Positions 27,539 through 39,845 of a stretch of DNA of 64,000 nt are shown in pieces. Positions within the stretch are counted from its first letter, which is position 1, and each line of letters begins with the position of its first letter. Source of the DNA: an uncultured Candidatus Rokubacteria bacterium (GTDB taxonomy: Bacteria > Methylomirabilota > Methylomirabilia > Rokubacteriales > DASRDR01); contig CAWDVE010000010.1 of NCBI GenBank assembly GCA_963805625.1, positions 1,376,001 to 1,440,000 on the forward strand. Direction: 5' to 3'. Under the pieces are notes generated by a model that had not been told where the DNA came from, searched no databases, and was given only the letters and a program-made list of their open reading frames with translations. A program made the position numbers and the translations under genes.

Positions 27539-28606
27539 CTACCGGTACGTCACGCCGCGGCTCCCCCGACGGATCTCCCCGATCTGGAACGCCGGCGTCT
27601 GCAACCTCCAGAGTCGGGCGAGCACCCGCGCCGCGTGAAGCGGCGGCACCACGAGGACGAACCCGATCCCCATGTTGAAGACCCCGAACATCTCCGCCTC
27701 GTCGATCCGACCGCGCCCCTGGAGCCACCGGAAGACCTCAGACACCGGCCAGGTGCCGCGGTCGATCACCGCCCGGCAACCCGAGGGCAGGACGCGCGGC
27801 AGGTTGCCGGTGAGCCCCCCGCCCGTGATGTGAGCCATGGCCCGGATCGGCACGCCCGCACGCAGAAGGGCCAGGATCGGCTTGACGTAGATTCGCGTCG
27901 GCCTCAGTAGCTCGCGACCGACCGTCCGGTTGAGTCCGGAGATGCGGTCCCGGACCCGGAGGCGGAGTCGCTCGAACACGACCTTTCGCGCGAGGCTGTA
28001 CCCGTTCGAGTGCAGGCCGTTCGAGAGGAGCCCGATCACCGCGTCGCCGGGCCGGACGGCGCGGCCATCGATGAGGCGGCTGCGCTCGACGACGCCCACC
28101 GCGAACCCGGCCAAGTCGTACTCCCCGGCCGCGTAGAAGTCGGGCAACTCCGCGATCTCTCCGCCGATGAGCGCGCAGCCCGCCTCGCGGCAGCCGGCCG
28201 CGATCCCGCGGACCACCGCCTCGACGGTTCGCGGCACGACGCGGTTGATCCCGATGTAGTCGAGAAAGACGAGGGGCTCGGCGCCGTGAACCAGGAGGTC
28301 GTTGACCCCCATGGCGACCAGGTCGATCCCGATGGTGTCGTGCCGGCCCGCGAGGAACGCGACCCGGAGCTTGGACCCGACACCGTCCGTCGACGCTAGG
28401 AACACGGGATGGCGGTAGCGCCGGGGAGCGCGAAAGAATCCCGCGAAGGCGCCGATGTCACCGAGGACCTCCGGTCGGTAGGTGGCGCGCGCCCACGGAG
28501 CGAGGCGCCGGACGGCCTCCTCGCCGGCATCGATGTCGACCCCGGCGGCTCGGTAACTGAGGCCCCCCCGGACGGGGCGGCGAACGGAAGAGCGGGCGCG
28601 GCTCAG
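27539..28606 (-). CDS. purM: AIR synthetase (start codon uncertain)
   Basis: SYRAAGVDIDAG, STDGVGSK, DLVAMGVND, SNGLHSNGYSL, HITGGG, FNMGIG. Confidence 0.95.
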   Translation of the reverse strand: MSRARSSVRRPVRGGLSYRAAGVDIDAGEEAVRRLAPWARATYRPEVLGDIGAFAGFFRAPRRYRHPVFLASTDGVGSKLRVAFLAGRHDTIGIDLVAMGVNDLLVHGAEPLVFLDYIGINRVVPRTVEAVVRGIAAGCREAGCALIGGEIAELPDFYAAGEYDLAGFAVGVVERSRLIDGRAVRPGDAVIGLLSNGLHSNGYSLARKVVFERLRLRVRDRISGLNRTVGRELLRPTRIYVKPILALLRAGVPIRAMAHITGGGLTGNLPRVLPSGCRAVIDRGTWPVSEVFRWLQGRGRIDEAEMFGVFNMGIGFVLVVPPLHAARVLARLWRLQTPAFQIGEIRRGSRGVTYR

Positions 28607-28655
28607 TCGGGCACGCCCCGGGGGTGGGGTAGGCGCAGCATCTCGTTCAGGAGCT

Positions 28656-30074
28656 TCACTCGACGTCGAAGAGGGCGAGCTGCGCGGTGTCCTCCTTCGG
28701 GAATCCGACCTCGTAGGCGCCGCTGAAGCAGGCGTGGCAGAAGCGGCCGCCGTCGCCACCGACCGCCTTCAGCATGCCGTCGAGCGAGAGATACCCCAGG
28801 GAGTCGGCGCCGATGTACCGACGGATCTCCTCCACGCGATGGCTCGAGCCGATCAGCTCCTTGCGGGTCGGCGTGTCGATGCCGTAGTAGCAGGGCCACT
28901 GGATCGGCGGCGACGAGATCCGCAAGTGCACCTCGCGGGCGCCGACCGACCGGATCATCTTCACGATCTTCCGGCTGGTCGTCCCGCGGACGATCGAGTC
29001 GTCGACGACCACGACGCGCCGCCCCTCGATCGTCTCCCGCATCGGGTTCAGCTTCACCCGGACGCCGAAGTGCCGGATGCCCTCGCGGGGCTCGATGAAC
29101 GTGCGGCCGACGTAGTGGTTCCGGATGAGCCCGAGCTCGAACGGGATTCCGGATTGCTCGGCGAAGCCGAGCGCGGCCCCGACGCCGGAGTCGGGCACGG
29201 GGATGACGATGTCCGCCTCAACCGGGTGCTCCTCGGCAAGCCGGTGGCCCAGCGACTTCCGCGTCTGGTACACGTTTTGGCCCCAGAGCGTCGTGTCCGG
29301 GCGGGCGAAGTAGATGTACTCGAACACGCACTGGAGCTGCTTCTTCCCCGGGAACGGCTTGACCGAGCGCAGGCCGTTCTGGTCGATGAGCACGATCTCC
29401 CCGGGCTCCACGTCCCGCACGTACTCGGCCTCGAGCAGGTCGAGCGCGCAGGTCTCAGACGCCAGCAGCCACGTCTTGCCCAGGCGACCCACGACCAGCG
29501 GGCGGAAACCGTGCGGGTCCCGGCATCCGATGAGCGTGTCCGGCGTGAGCATGACAAGCGAGTACGCCCCGCTCAGCTGGGCGAGGGCCTGCGTCAGTGT
29601 CCGCTCGAGGCTCTGGCGGTCCGCGCGAGCGATGAGATGGAGAATGACCTCCGAGTCCGACGTGGACTGGAAGATCGCCCCCATGCCCTCCAGCTCCTTG
29701 CGGAGCGCCTCGGCATTGACCAGGTTCCCGTTGTGACCGAGGGCGATCGAGCCCCGGGAGAACGACGCGCTGATCGGCTGGGCGTTCCGGAGCGTCGACG
29801 AGCCGGCCGTCGAGTAGCGGACGTGGCCGATCGCTGCGCGGCCCGGCAGGCGGCGGAGGCGCTCGGGGCTGAATACGTCGGCTACCCACCCCATGGCCTT
29901 TTCGACGTGCAGCGTCGGGCCGTCGGTGGCCGCGATCCCGGCGGACTCCTGGCCTCGGTGCTGGAGCGCGTAGAGGCCCAGGTAGGCCAGGTTGGCCGCC
30001 TCCGGGTGGTCGAAGACGCCGAAGAGACCGCACTCGTCGTGGAACTTGTCGTCGTCGAGCCAGGCGGTTTTCAT
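28656..30074 (-). CDS. purF: Amidophosphoribosyltransferase
   Basis: Own ATG overlapping the purL stop (ATGA); propeptide ...[37 protein letters not shown], Fe-S cysteines. Confidence 0.96.
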   Translation of the reverse strand: MKTAWLDDDKFHDECGLFGVFDHPEAANLAYLGLYALQHRGQESAGIAATDGPTLHVEKAMGWVADVFSPERLRRLPGRAAIGHVRYSTAGSSTLRNAQPISASFSRGSIALGHNGNLVNAEALRKELEGMGAIFQSTSDSEVILHLIARADRQSLERTLTQALAQLSGAYSLVMLTPDTLIGCRDPHGFRPLVVGRLGKTWLLASETCALDLLEAEYVRDVEPGEIVLIDQNGLRSVKPFPGKKQLQCVFEYIYFARPDTTLWGQNVYQTRKSLGHRLAEEHPVEADIVIPVPDSGVGAALGFAEQSGIPFELGLIRNHYVGRTFIEPREGIRHFGVRVKLNPMRETIEGRRVVVVDDSIVRGTTSRKIVKMIRSVGAREVHLRISSPPIQWPCYYGIDTPTRKELIGSSHRVEEIRRYIGADSLGYLSLDGMLKAVGGDGGRFCHACFSGAYEVGFPKEDTAQLALFDVE

Positions 30075-32348
30075 GCGGCTCCCTCTGCCTCCCGTCCCGA
30101 CAGCGCCTCGACCGGCTGCTCGAGCGCCCGCGACAGCCCGTTCTCGAACGCATCGGCGAGCGCCTCGGTGGACAGCGACACGCGCACCGCGACTCCGACC
30201 CGCACCTCGAGCCGATCCCCGCCCACGCGGCCGATGACTTGAACGGGCACGGCCCACTCCCGCACGATCCGCGACAGGCGCTCCACGGCTCCCGGCGCCA
30301 CCGTGACGAGGATACGGGACGGCGCCTCGCCGAAGAGCAGCTCGTCCAAGCGGCCCCCGCCGGAAAGGGCCACGGCCGCCCCGATGGCCCGCGGACCGGT
30401 GACGCAGCACTCCGCGAGCGCCACGGCGAGGCCGCCCTCGGCAGCAGTCGTGGGCGGACCGGACGACGCCGGCCTCGATGGCCGCGAGGCACGCGGCCTG
30501 CACCGCGCGCTCCCGGTCGAGGTCGAGGGGAGCCGGCACGCCGCCAAGACGCCCGTGGACAGTCTGGAGGTACTCGCTACCGCCGAGCTGCCCGCCCGGC
30601 TCGCCTAGGAGGACGACGGCGTCCCCCTCCTCCTTGAACCACTGCGTCATCCGCCGCTCGGCGTCCTCGAGGAGCCCGACGACGCCGATGACGGGCGTCG
30701 GCAGGATCGCCCGGCCCAGCGTCTCGTTGTAGAAGGACACATTCCCCCCGGTGACCGGGGTGCCGAGCGCCTCGCAGGCGGCGGCGATGCCGTCCACCGT
30801 CTTCGCGAACTGCCACATGATCTCCGGGCGCTCGGGAGAAGCGAAGTTCAGGCAGTTTGTCACCGCCAACGGCCGCCCGCCGGCGCACACGACGTTGCGC
30901 GCAGCCTCGGCGACCGCCATCGCCCCGCCGAGGAAGGGATCGAGCTGCCCGTAGCGTCCGTTGCCGTCGGTGGCGACCGCGACGGCGCGGGGCGTTCCCT
31001 TGATCCGGAGGACGGCCGCGTCGGAGCCCGGAAGCACGAGGGTGTTGATGCCGACCTGGTGATCGTACTGCCGCCAGATGCTCCGCTTTGACGCGATCGT
31101 CGGCGCCGCCAGGAGCCGGAGGAGCAGGGCGCCCGGGTCCGTCGGCTCCGGCAGCGCGCCGAGGTCGAGTGCGCGCACCCGGTCGAGCCAGTCAGGGCGC
31201 GCCAGTGGCCGGTCGTAGACCGGCGCCTCGTCGGTCAGGGCCCGGACCGGAACCTCCGCCACCACCTCGCCCCGCATGCGGGCGCGGAGCACGCCGTCGG
31301 CCGTGACGTGCCCGATGGGGACCGCGTCCAGCTCCCACTTCTGGAAGACCCGTTGGACCTCGGCCTCGCGGCCACGCTCGACGACGAGCAGCATCCGCTC
31401 CTGGGACTCCGACAGGAGGATCTCGTAGGGCGTCATCCCGGGCTCGCGCTGGGGCACGCGGTCGAGCTCCACGTCGGCACCAGTCCCCGCTCGCGCGGGC
31501 ATCTCGGAGAGGGAGCAGGCCAGTCCGGCCGCGCCCATGTCCTGGATCCCCACCACCGCGCCGCTCCGGAACGCCTCGAGGCACGCCTCGAGGAGGAGCT
31601 TCTCGGTGAACGGGTCGCCCACCTGGACGGTGGGTCGCCGCTCGGCCGAGGTCTCGTCGAAGGCCTCCGACGCCATGGTCGCCCCGTGGATGCCGTCGCG
31701 GCCCGTCTTGGCGCCGACGTAGAGGAAGGTATTCCCGACCCCGTCCGCCCGCGCCCGATAGATCCCGTCCGTCCGCACCAAGCCCAGGCACAGGACGTTC
31801 ACCAGCGGGTTCCGCGCGTACTCCGGCGCGAAGGCCACCTCGCCCCCGACCGTCGGGCATCCGAAGCAGTTGCCGTAGTGGGAGATTCCGGCGACGACCC
31901 CGCCGAGAAGGAACCGCGTGCCCGGCTCGTCGATCGGTCCGAAGCGAAGCGAGTCGAGGAGCGCGATGGGGCGGGCTCCCATCGTGAAGATGTCGCGGAG
32001 GATGCCGCCCACCCCCGTCGCCGCGCCCTGGAACGGCTCGATGAACGACGGGTGGTTGTGGCTCTCGATCTTGAAGGCGAGGCCGAACCCGCCCCCGACG
32101 TCCACGATACCGGCGTTCTCGCCCGGGCCCTGGAGCACGTGCGGGCCCTTCGTCGGAAGGCGCCGGAGGTGGACGCGCGAGGACTTGTACGAGCAGTGCT
32201 CGGACCAGAGGGCGGAGAAGAGGCCGAGCTCCGCGTAGGTGGGGTCTCGCCCGATCAGGTGGACGACGCGATCGTACTCCTCACGCGTCAGCCCGTGCGA
32301 GACGGCCAGATCCGGGGTGACCTTCGGCTCGGATCCGCTCACTGGCAT
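30071..32348 (-). CDS. purL: FGAM synthase subunit PurL, with a 1-nt insertion near 30443
   Basis: [32 protein letters not shown]. After SAHDC the PurL sequence ([12 protein letters not shown]...LFGEAPSR) continues in another frame to TGA 30071. Confidence 0.93.
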
Positions 32349-32366
32349 CCGCGCCTCTCCCCCGCC

Positions 32367-33080
32367 CTAGCGGCCGAGCACGGATCCGTTCTCGACGAGG
32401 CTTCCCAGCAGCGAGTGGAAGAGGAGCAGCCCGTCGGTGCTGCCCACCGTGGTCTCGGCCGCGCGCTCGGGATGCGGCATGAGCCCGACGACCGTGCCCT
32501 CCTCGTTCGAGACGCCGGCGATGTTCCAGACCGAGCCGTTCGGATTCGCGCCGGCGGTGATCTCACCGGCCTCCGTCGCGTAGCGGAAGACAATCTGGTC
32601 GCGCTCCCGGAGCTGGCGGAGGAGCGCCGGCTCGGCGTGGTAGCGGCCCTCGCCGTGGGCGATCGGCATCTTGAGGACCTGGCCGCGCCGGAGCCCGCGG
32701 GTGAAGGGGCTCTCGGTCTGCTCCACGGCGACGTGGATCCACTGGCAGCGGAACTGGAGACACTCGTTTCTCAGGAGGGTTCCGGGAAGGAGGCCGGCCT
32801 CGCAGAGGATCTGGAAGCCGTTGCAGCTCCCCAGCACCAGCCCGCCGCGGGCCACGAAGCCCGTCAGCGCCTCGACGATCGGCGAGCGGCCCGCCACGGC
32901 GCCCGCCCGCAGATAGTCGCCGTAGGAGAAACCACCTGGCAGGACGAGACAATCAAAGCGGTCGACATCGGTGTCCCGGTGCCACACGTACTCGACCGGC
33001 TGGTGGAGCACCTGTGAGATGACGTGGTGGAAGTCCATGTCACTCCACGTGCCCGGGAAGATCACGACGCCGAATCGCAT
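32367..33080 (-). CDS. purQ: FGAM synthase glutaminase subunit
   Basis: LPGGFSYGDYLRAG, GSCNGFQIL, PIAHGEG, NPNGS, MPHPER; GGAGGAGG RBS. Confidence 0.96.
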   Translation of the reverse strand: MRFGVVIFPGTWSDMDFHHVISQVLHQPVEYVWHRDTDVDRFDCLVLPGGFSYGDYLRAGAVAGRSPIVEALTGFVARGGLVLGSCNGFQILCEAGLLPGTLLRNECLQFRCQWIHVAVEQTESPFTRGLRRGQVLKMPIAHGEGRYHAEPALLRQLRERDQIVFRYATEAGEITAGANPNGSVWNIAGVSNEEGTVVGLMPHPERAAETTVGSTDGLLLFHSLLGSLVENGSVLGR

Positions 33081-33181
33081 GAAGCCTCCTCCTCCGGTGA
33101 AGTCGCGGTCACACCTCCCGGCGAATTGCTCGGACGAACGAATTCTACTACGCGGCCCACACCCGCACAAGCCGACGGCGG

Positions 33182-33448
33182 TCAGCTCGCGCGCCGGCCG
33201 TCGTCGCCCTCCACCACCTCGCAGGTGTAGTCCTCGATCACGGGATTGGCGAGGAGCTTCCGGCACATCTCGTCCAGTCGCTGCCGTGCCCGCCCCGCGT
33301 CGGTCTCGTCGAGCGTGAGATCGAGCACCTTCCCCACCCGCATGTCACGCACCTCGGGGAAGCCGAGCCCCTCGAGCGCCCGCCGGATGGTCGTTCCCTG
33401 GGGATCCAGGATCCCCGGCCGCAGCCGCACCACGATCCGCGCCTTCAT
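33182..33448 (-). CDS. purS: FGAM synthase subunit PurS
   Basis: ILDPQG, RVGK, MCRKLLANPVIEDY; ATGA overlap with purB. Confidence 0.95.
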   Translation of the reverse strand: MKARIVVRLRPGILDPQGTTIRRALEGLGFPEVRDMRVGKVLDLTLDETDAGRARQRLDEMCRKLLANPVIEDYTCEVVEGDDGRRAS

Positions 33449-34761
33449 GCCTCTGCCGATCCTCCCTGGACAAGCCCGGCGCGACGGAACACTGTGTCGA
33501 CGTGACGCAGGTACCAACCGGGATCGAAGCAGGCCTTGAGGGTTTCCGAGCCTAGGTGACGGCTCACCGCGGGGTCGGACTCGAGGCACTCGAGGAAGGC
33601 CCGGCGCTCCTCCCACGCGCGCATCGCGTTCCGCTGGACCACCTCGTACGCAGCCTGACGCGCCAGGCCGGCCTCGGTGAGGGCCAGGAGCACGCGCTGG
33701 GAGTACACCAAGCCGTACGAGCGGTCGAGGTTCTCGCGCATCCGCTCAGGATAGACCCGGAGCCCGTCCAGGATCCGGACGGTCTGCCCGAGCAGGTAGT
33801 CGAGCAGGATGGTCGTGTCGGGCAGCACGATGCGCTCGACGGAGGAGTGGCTGATGTCCCGCTCATGCCAGAGCGCGATGTCCTCGAGCGCGGCGCCGGC
33901 GTGGGCGCGGAGCACGCGGGCCAGCCCCGTCACCTGCTCGCATAGCCATGGGTTCCGCTTGTGGGGCATCGCGGACGAGCCTTTCTGGCCCTCGGCGAAC
34001 GGCTCCTCCGCCTCTAGAATCTCCGTCCGCTGGAGGCTCCGAATCTCGGTAGCGATCCGCTCGAGGCCCCCGCCCACGATGGCGCACACGGAGACGAGCT
34101 CGGCATGCCGGTCGCGCTGCACGACCTGAGTAGACACCGGCTCGGGCTCGAGCCCGAGAGCGTGGCATACCTCCCGTTCGAGATCGGGCGGGACGTGAGC
34201 GAAGGTACCGACGGCGCCGGAGATCTTCCCCACCCGGATGGCTTCCCGGGCCCGGGCCAGACGCTCCCGGTTCCGCCCGGCCTCCATGTACCAGCCGGCG
34301 GCCTTGAGGCCGAAGGTGGTCGGCTCCGCGTGAACTCCGTGAGTCCGGCCGACCGTCAGTGTGTCCCGGTGGCGGAGGGCGAGCCGGCGGAGACTCTCGC
34401 GGAGACGGTCCACGCCCACGATCAGCCGGTCGGCCGCCTCAACGAGCGCGAGTGCCAGCGCCGTGTCCACCACATCCGAGGAGGTCAGGCCCACGTGGAC
34501 GAACCGAGAGTCCGCGCCGATCGAACCCTCGAGGTCCGTGAGGAAGGCGATGACGTCGTGGTGAACCCGGGCCTCGATCTCCGCGATGCGGCCGGCGTCG
34601 ACCCGCGCCCGCTGGCGGATCCGGTCGAGCGCGTCGGCCGGAACGACGCCCCGGCGCGCCCAGGCCTCGCACACCGCCAGCTCGACCCGGAGCCAGCGCA
34701 CGTACTTGGCGGCGTCGCCCCAGAGGGCGCCCATCTCGGGACGGGTGTAGCGGGAGATCAC
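33445..34761 (-). CDS. purB: Adenylosuccinate lyase
   Basis: MISRYTRPEM, HVGLTSSDV, GRTHGVHAEP, GSSAMPHKRNP, ERDISHSSVER. Confidence 0.96.
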   Translation of the reverse strand: MISRYTRPEMGALWGDAAKYVRWLRVELAVCEAWARRGVVPADALDRIRQRARVDAGRIAEIEARVHHDVIAFLTDLEGSIGADSRFVHVGLTSSDVVDTALALALVEAADRLIVGVDRLRESLRRLALRHRDTLTVGRTHGVHAEPTTFGLKAAGWYMEAGRNRERLARAREAIRVGKISGAVGTFAHVPPDLEREVCHALGLEPEPVSTQVVQRDRHAELVSVCAIVGGGLERIATEIRSLQRTEILEAEEPFAEGQKGSSAMPHKRNPWLCEQVTGLARVLRAHAGAALEDIALWHERDISHSSVERIVLPDTTILLDYLLGQTVRILDGLRVYPERMRENLDRSYGLVYSQRVLLALTEAGLARQAAYEVVQRNAMRAWEERRAFLECLESDPAVSRHLGSETLKACFDPGWYLRHVDTVFRRAGLVQGGSAEA

Positions 34762-34774
34762 CAGCGGGCCCGCC

Positions 34775-36061
34775 TCAGACCCGAACCCCCTCGGGGAGCC
34801 GGACGTCCGGGCTCTTGGGGCCGAGGGCGACCAGCGACAACGGCCCGGCGAGGAGACGCTCCCCGAGGACCTTCACGTCCTGCACGGTCACCCGCTCGAT
34901 GTCGGCGAGGATCTCGTCGAACGTATGCGCCCGGCGGAAGTACAGCTCCTGCTTGGCGATTCGGGTCATGCGGCTCCCCGTCGACTCGAGCGAGAGCATC
35001 AGGCTCCCCTTGAGGTGATCCTTCGCCCGCCGGAGCTCGTCGGCCGTGACCCCCTCGGCCCGCAGCGACCGAAACTCCTTGAGCGTCAGGTCCACGACGC
35101 GCCGGAAGTGCGCGGGTTCGGTCCCCGCGTACACGTAGAAGAGCCCGCCGTCGCGGAAGGCCGCGTTGCCGGAGTGGATCGAGTAGACCAGGCCCTCGCG
35201 CTCCCGCACCGCCTGGAACAGGCGCGAGGACATGCTTCCCCCGAAGATGGTGTTCAGGAGAAACAGCGCGTAACGCTCGGGGGCGTCCTGCTCGAGCCCC
35301 GGCCCCCCGAGCACGAAGTGCACCTGCTCGAGCGGGCGCTCGAGCAGGTCGAGGCTGGTCGTCAGGACGGGCGGCTCGGCCGTCCTCGGCGTCCTGGGCT
35401 GTTGGAAGTCGAGGAACCGGCTTCCGAGCAGGTCCACCAGCTGCTCGTGACGAAGATGACCGGCGGCGGCGATCGTGATGCGTTCGGGGGAGTACTCCGT
35501 GCGGAAGTAGTGCAGCAGGGTGTCTCGGTCGAACGCCTGCACGACCTTCCGGTCGCCAAGGATCGGGCGGCCGAGCGGATGCTGCGGCCAGATTCGCTCG
35601 GCGAAGAGATCGTGGATCACGTCGTCAGGCGTGTCCTCCACCATCCCGAACTCCTGGAGGACGACCGTCTTCTCGCGCTCGATGTCCCCGGCGTCGAACC
35701 GGGGATGGAGGAGGATGTCGGAAAGGAGGTCAGCGGCGAGCGGCAGGTGCTCGTCGAGCACCGTCACGTAGAAGCAGGTGTGCTCCTTCGTGGTGAACGC
35801 ATCCATCTGGCCGCCGACCGAGTCGACCGCGCGGGCGATGTCCTCGGCCGACCGGGACTCGGTGCCCTTGAAGACGAGATGCTCGATGAAGTGGGAGATC
35901 CCGCCCCGGTCGGCGGGCTCGTGGCGGCTCCCCGTGTCCACCCACACCCCCACGGCAACCGAGCGGACGTGGGGGATCCACTCCGTGACCAGTCGGATCC
36001 CGTTGGGGAGGATCGTCTTGCGGTACCCGCCCCCCTCCACGCTTGCCGTGGGGTCGGTCAC
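34775..36061 (-). CDS. M16 (pitrilysin-family) zinc peptidase
   Basis: HFIEHLVFKGT (HxxEH), GGSMSSRLFQ.VRE..GLVY; usual position downstream of pnp. Confidence 0.92.
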   Translation of the reverse strand: MTDPTASVEGGGYRKTILPNGIRLVTEWIPHVRSVAVGVWVDTGSRHEPADRGGISHFIEHLVFKGTESRSAEDIARAVDSVGGQMDAFTTKEHTCFYVTVLDEHLPLAADLLSDILLHPRFDAGDIEREKTVVLQEFGMVEDTPDDVIHDLFAERIWPQHPLGRPILGDRKVVQAFDRDTLLHYFRTEYSPERITIAAAGHLRHEQLVDLLGSRFLDFQQPRTPRTAEPPVLTTSLDLLERPLEQVHFVLGGPGLEQDAPERYALFLLNTIFGGSMSSRLFQAVREREGLVYSIHSGNAAFRDGGLFYVYAGTEPAHFRRVVDLTLKEFRSLRAEGVTADELRRAKDHLKGSLMLSLESTGSRMTRIAKQELYFRRAHTFDEILADIERVTVQDVKVLGERLLAGPLSLVALGPKSPDVRLPEGVRV

Positions 36062-36085
36062 GCGGGCCCCGAAGAACGGCCGCTG

Positions 36086-38317
<2,232 letters not shown>

Positions 38318-38440
38318 GTCGTTGCCATCCTCTCGTGCCGGACACGGCGGACCACACGGTCGGGTCCACCCCACCGGCCACTGCCCGGAAGGTCACGTTC
38401 CTCCCGGGCCCTGCGAGACTGCTCCCGGCGTTGCCGGGGC

Positions 38441-38710
38441 CTACCGCCGAAGCCCGAGCTTCTCGAGAATCTGGCGGTAGCGCTCGATTTCTGTGCGCTT
38501 GAGGTATTCGAGGAGTCCGCGACGCTGGCCGATCAGGCGCAGCAATCCGCGGCGGGAGTGGTGGTCCTTGACGTGGGACTTGAAGTGCTCGGTCAGCCCG
38601 TTGATCCGCTCCGTGAGGAGCGCGATCTGCACCTCGGGGGATCCGGTGTCGCCGTCGTGACGCCCGTATCCATCGATCAGGGCCTTTTTCCGGTCGGCAG
38701 GCACGGACAT
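38441..38710 (-). CDS. rpsO: 30S ribosomal protein S15
   Basis: [24 protein letters not shown]; GGAGGA RBS. Confidence 0.97.
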   Translation of the reverse strand: MSVPADRKKALIDGYGRHDGDTGSPEVQIALLTERINGLTEHFKSHVKDHHSRRGLLRLIGQRRGLLEYLKRTEIERYRQILEKLGLRR

Positions 38711-38826
38711 GGCTGAGGTCCTCCTCCGGGGGGTCCAGCCCCCCAATCGCCGCCCCTGGTGCAGGCCGTGTACTGCACCGGTGGGACGGTTCACCACACG
38801 CTAAGGCACTCCAATTCAACCGACGC

Positions 38827-38855
38827 ATCGTACCACGCGAGGTTGCCGTATGCAA
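38827..38855 (-). promoter_or_regulatory. Sigma70-type promoter of rpsO-pnp
   Basis: TTGCAT-17 bp-TACGAT with extended TG. Confidence 0.7.
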
Positions 38856-38915
38856 CCGACGCGCCCGCGCCGCGCGGCAACGACACGCGCGACGGCGGAA
38901 GCCCCGCCCGGCCGA

Positions 38916-39845
38916 TCAGGGGCTCTGGCGCAACATCCGCCGCGCGGTCACGACATCCTCGGCGATCTGCGCGCGGAGGGCCTCGAGGGAGCCGAATCGC
39001 CGCTCGGTGCGAATCCGGTCGAGGAAAGCGAGCGTGAGGTGCCGCCCGTAGAGGTCCGGCGCTACGTCGAGGAGGTGCGCCTCGACGAGACGGGTCGTGC
39101 CGTCCACGGTGGGCCGCACCCCGACGTTGACCACCGCCGGGGCGGACTCCCCGTCCCACGCGGCCCGGGCCGTGTACACCCCGTCCGCGAGCAGGAGCCC
39201 CGGAGCCCCGGTCAGGTTGGCCGTCGGAAACCCGAGGGTGCGCCCGCGGGCCGCACCCCGGGTCACGACGCCCGCGAGCGTATAGGGACGCCCCAGGAGG
39301 CTCGCCGCGCGCCGGACCTGTCCGTCGCGGAGGGCTTCGCGGATCGCCGTCGACGAGACGGCGACACCGTCGACCCGGAGAGGCGCCACGACGTGGACGA
39401 CGACCCCTACCGGCTCCGCCAAGCGCCGGAGAAGCTCGGGGGTCCCGCGAGCTCCCCGTCCGAACGCGTGGTTGAAGCCGACGACGATCTCCCTCGCCCC
39501 GAGCAGCCCGAGAAGGACGTCCCGCACGTAGGCCTCGGCCTCGACCTGCGAGAACTCGGCCGTGAAGGGAATGACGAGGCAGGCCTCCGGACCGAGTTCC
39601 GCGATGCGCTCGAGCCGCTCGTCGAGCGGCAGGAGCTCGGACGGCGCCTCCGCCGGCCGGAGGACCGCGAGAGGATTCGGCTCGAAGGTCACGGCGACCG
39701 GCCGGACCCCGAGCTCCCGCGCCCGCACGACCGCCGTGCGGATCACTGCCTGGTGCCCCAGGTGGATGCCGTCAAATGTCCCCTGGGCCACCACGCTGGG
39801 CGGCGCGTCAGGACGATACTGGTCGAGGCCGCGAACGATCTGCAT
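38916..39845 (-). CDS. ribF: Bifunctional riboflavin kinase/FAD synthetase
   Basis: GTFDGIHLGH, VSSTAIR, GRTLGFPTAN, GVRPT, EAHLLD. Confidence 0.95.
   Translation of the reverse strand: MQIVRGLDQYRPDAPPSVVAQGTFDGIHLGHQAVIRTAVVRARELGVRPVAVTFEPNPLAVLRPAEAPSELLPLDERLERIAELGPEACLVIPFTAEFSQVEAEAYVRDVLLGLLGAREIVVGFNHAFGRGARGTPELLRRLAEPVGVVVHVVAPLRVDGVAVSSTAIREALRDGQVRRAASLLGRPYTLAGVVTRGAARGRTLGFPTANLTGAPGLLLADGVYTARAAWDGESAPAVVNVGVRPTVDGTTRLVEAHLLDVAPDLYGRHLTLAFLDRIRTERRFGSLEALRAQIAEDVVTARRMLRQSP

Noticed and set aside
28560-28655. No canonical purM start codon near the expected position
   Set aside because: Could be a CTG start or an indel near the GTG at 28614 or the G-run at 28563-28569; not resolvable, and more likely technical than biological.
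28656-32348. 1230-aa PurL-PurF fusion protein
   Set aside because: Explained by a 1-nt insertion. The true PurL C-terminus is intact in another frame and purF has its own start.
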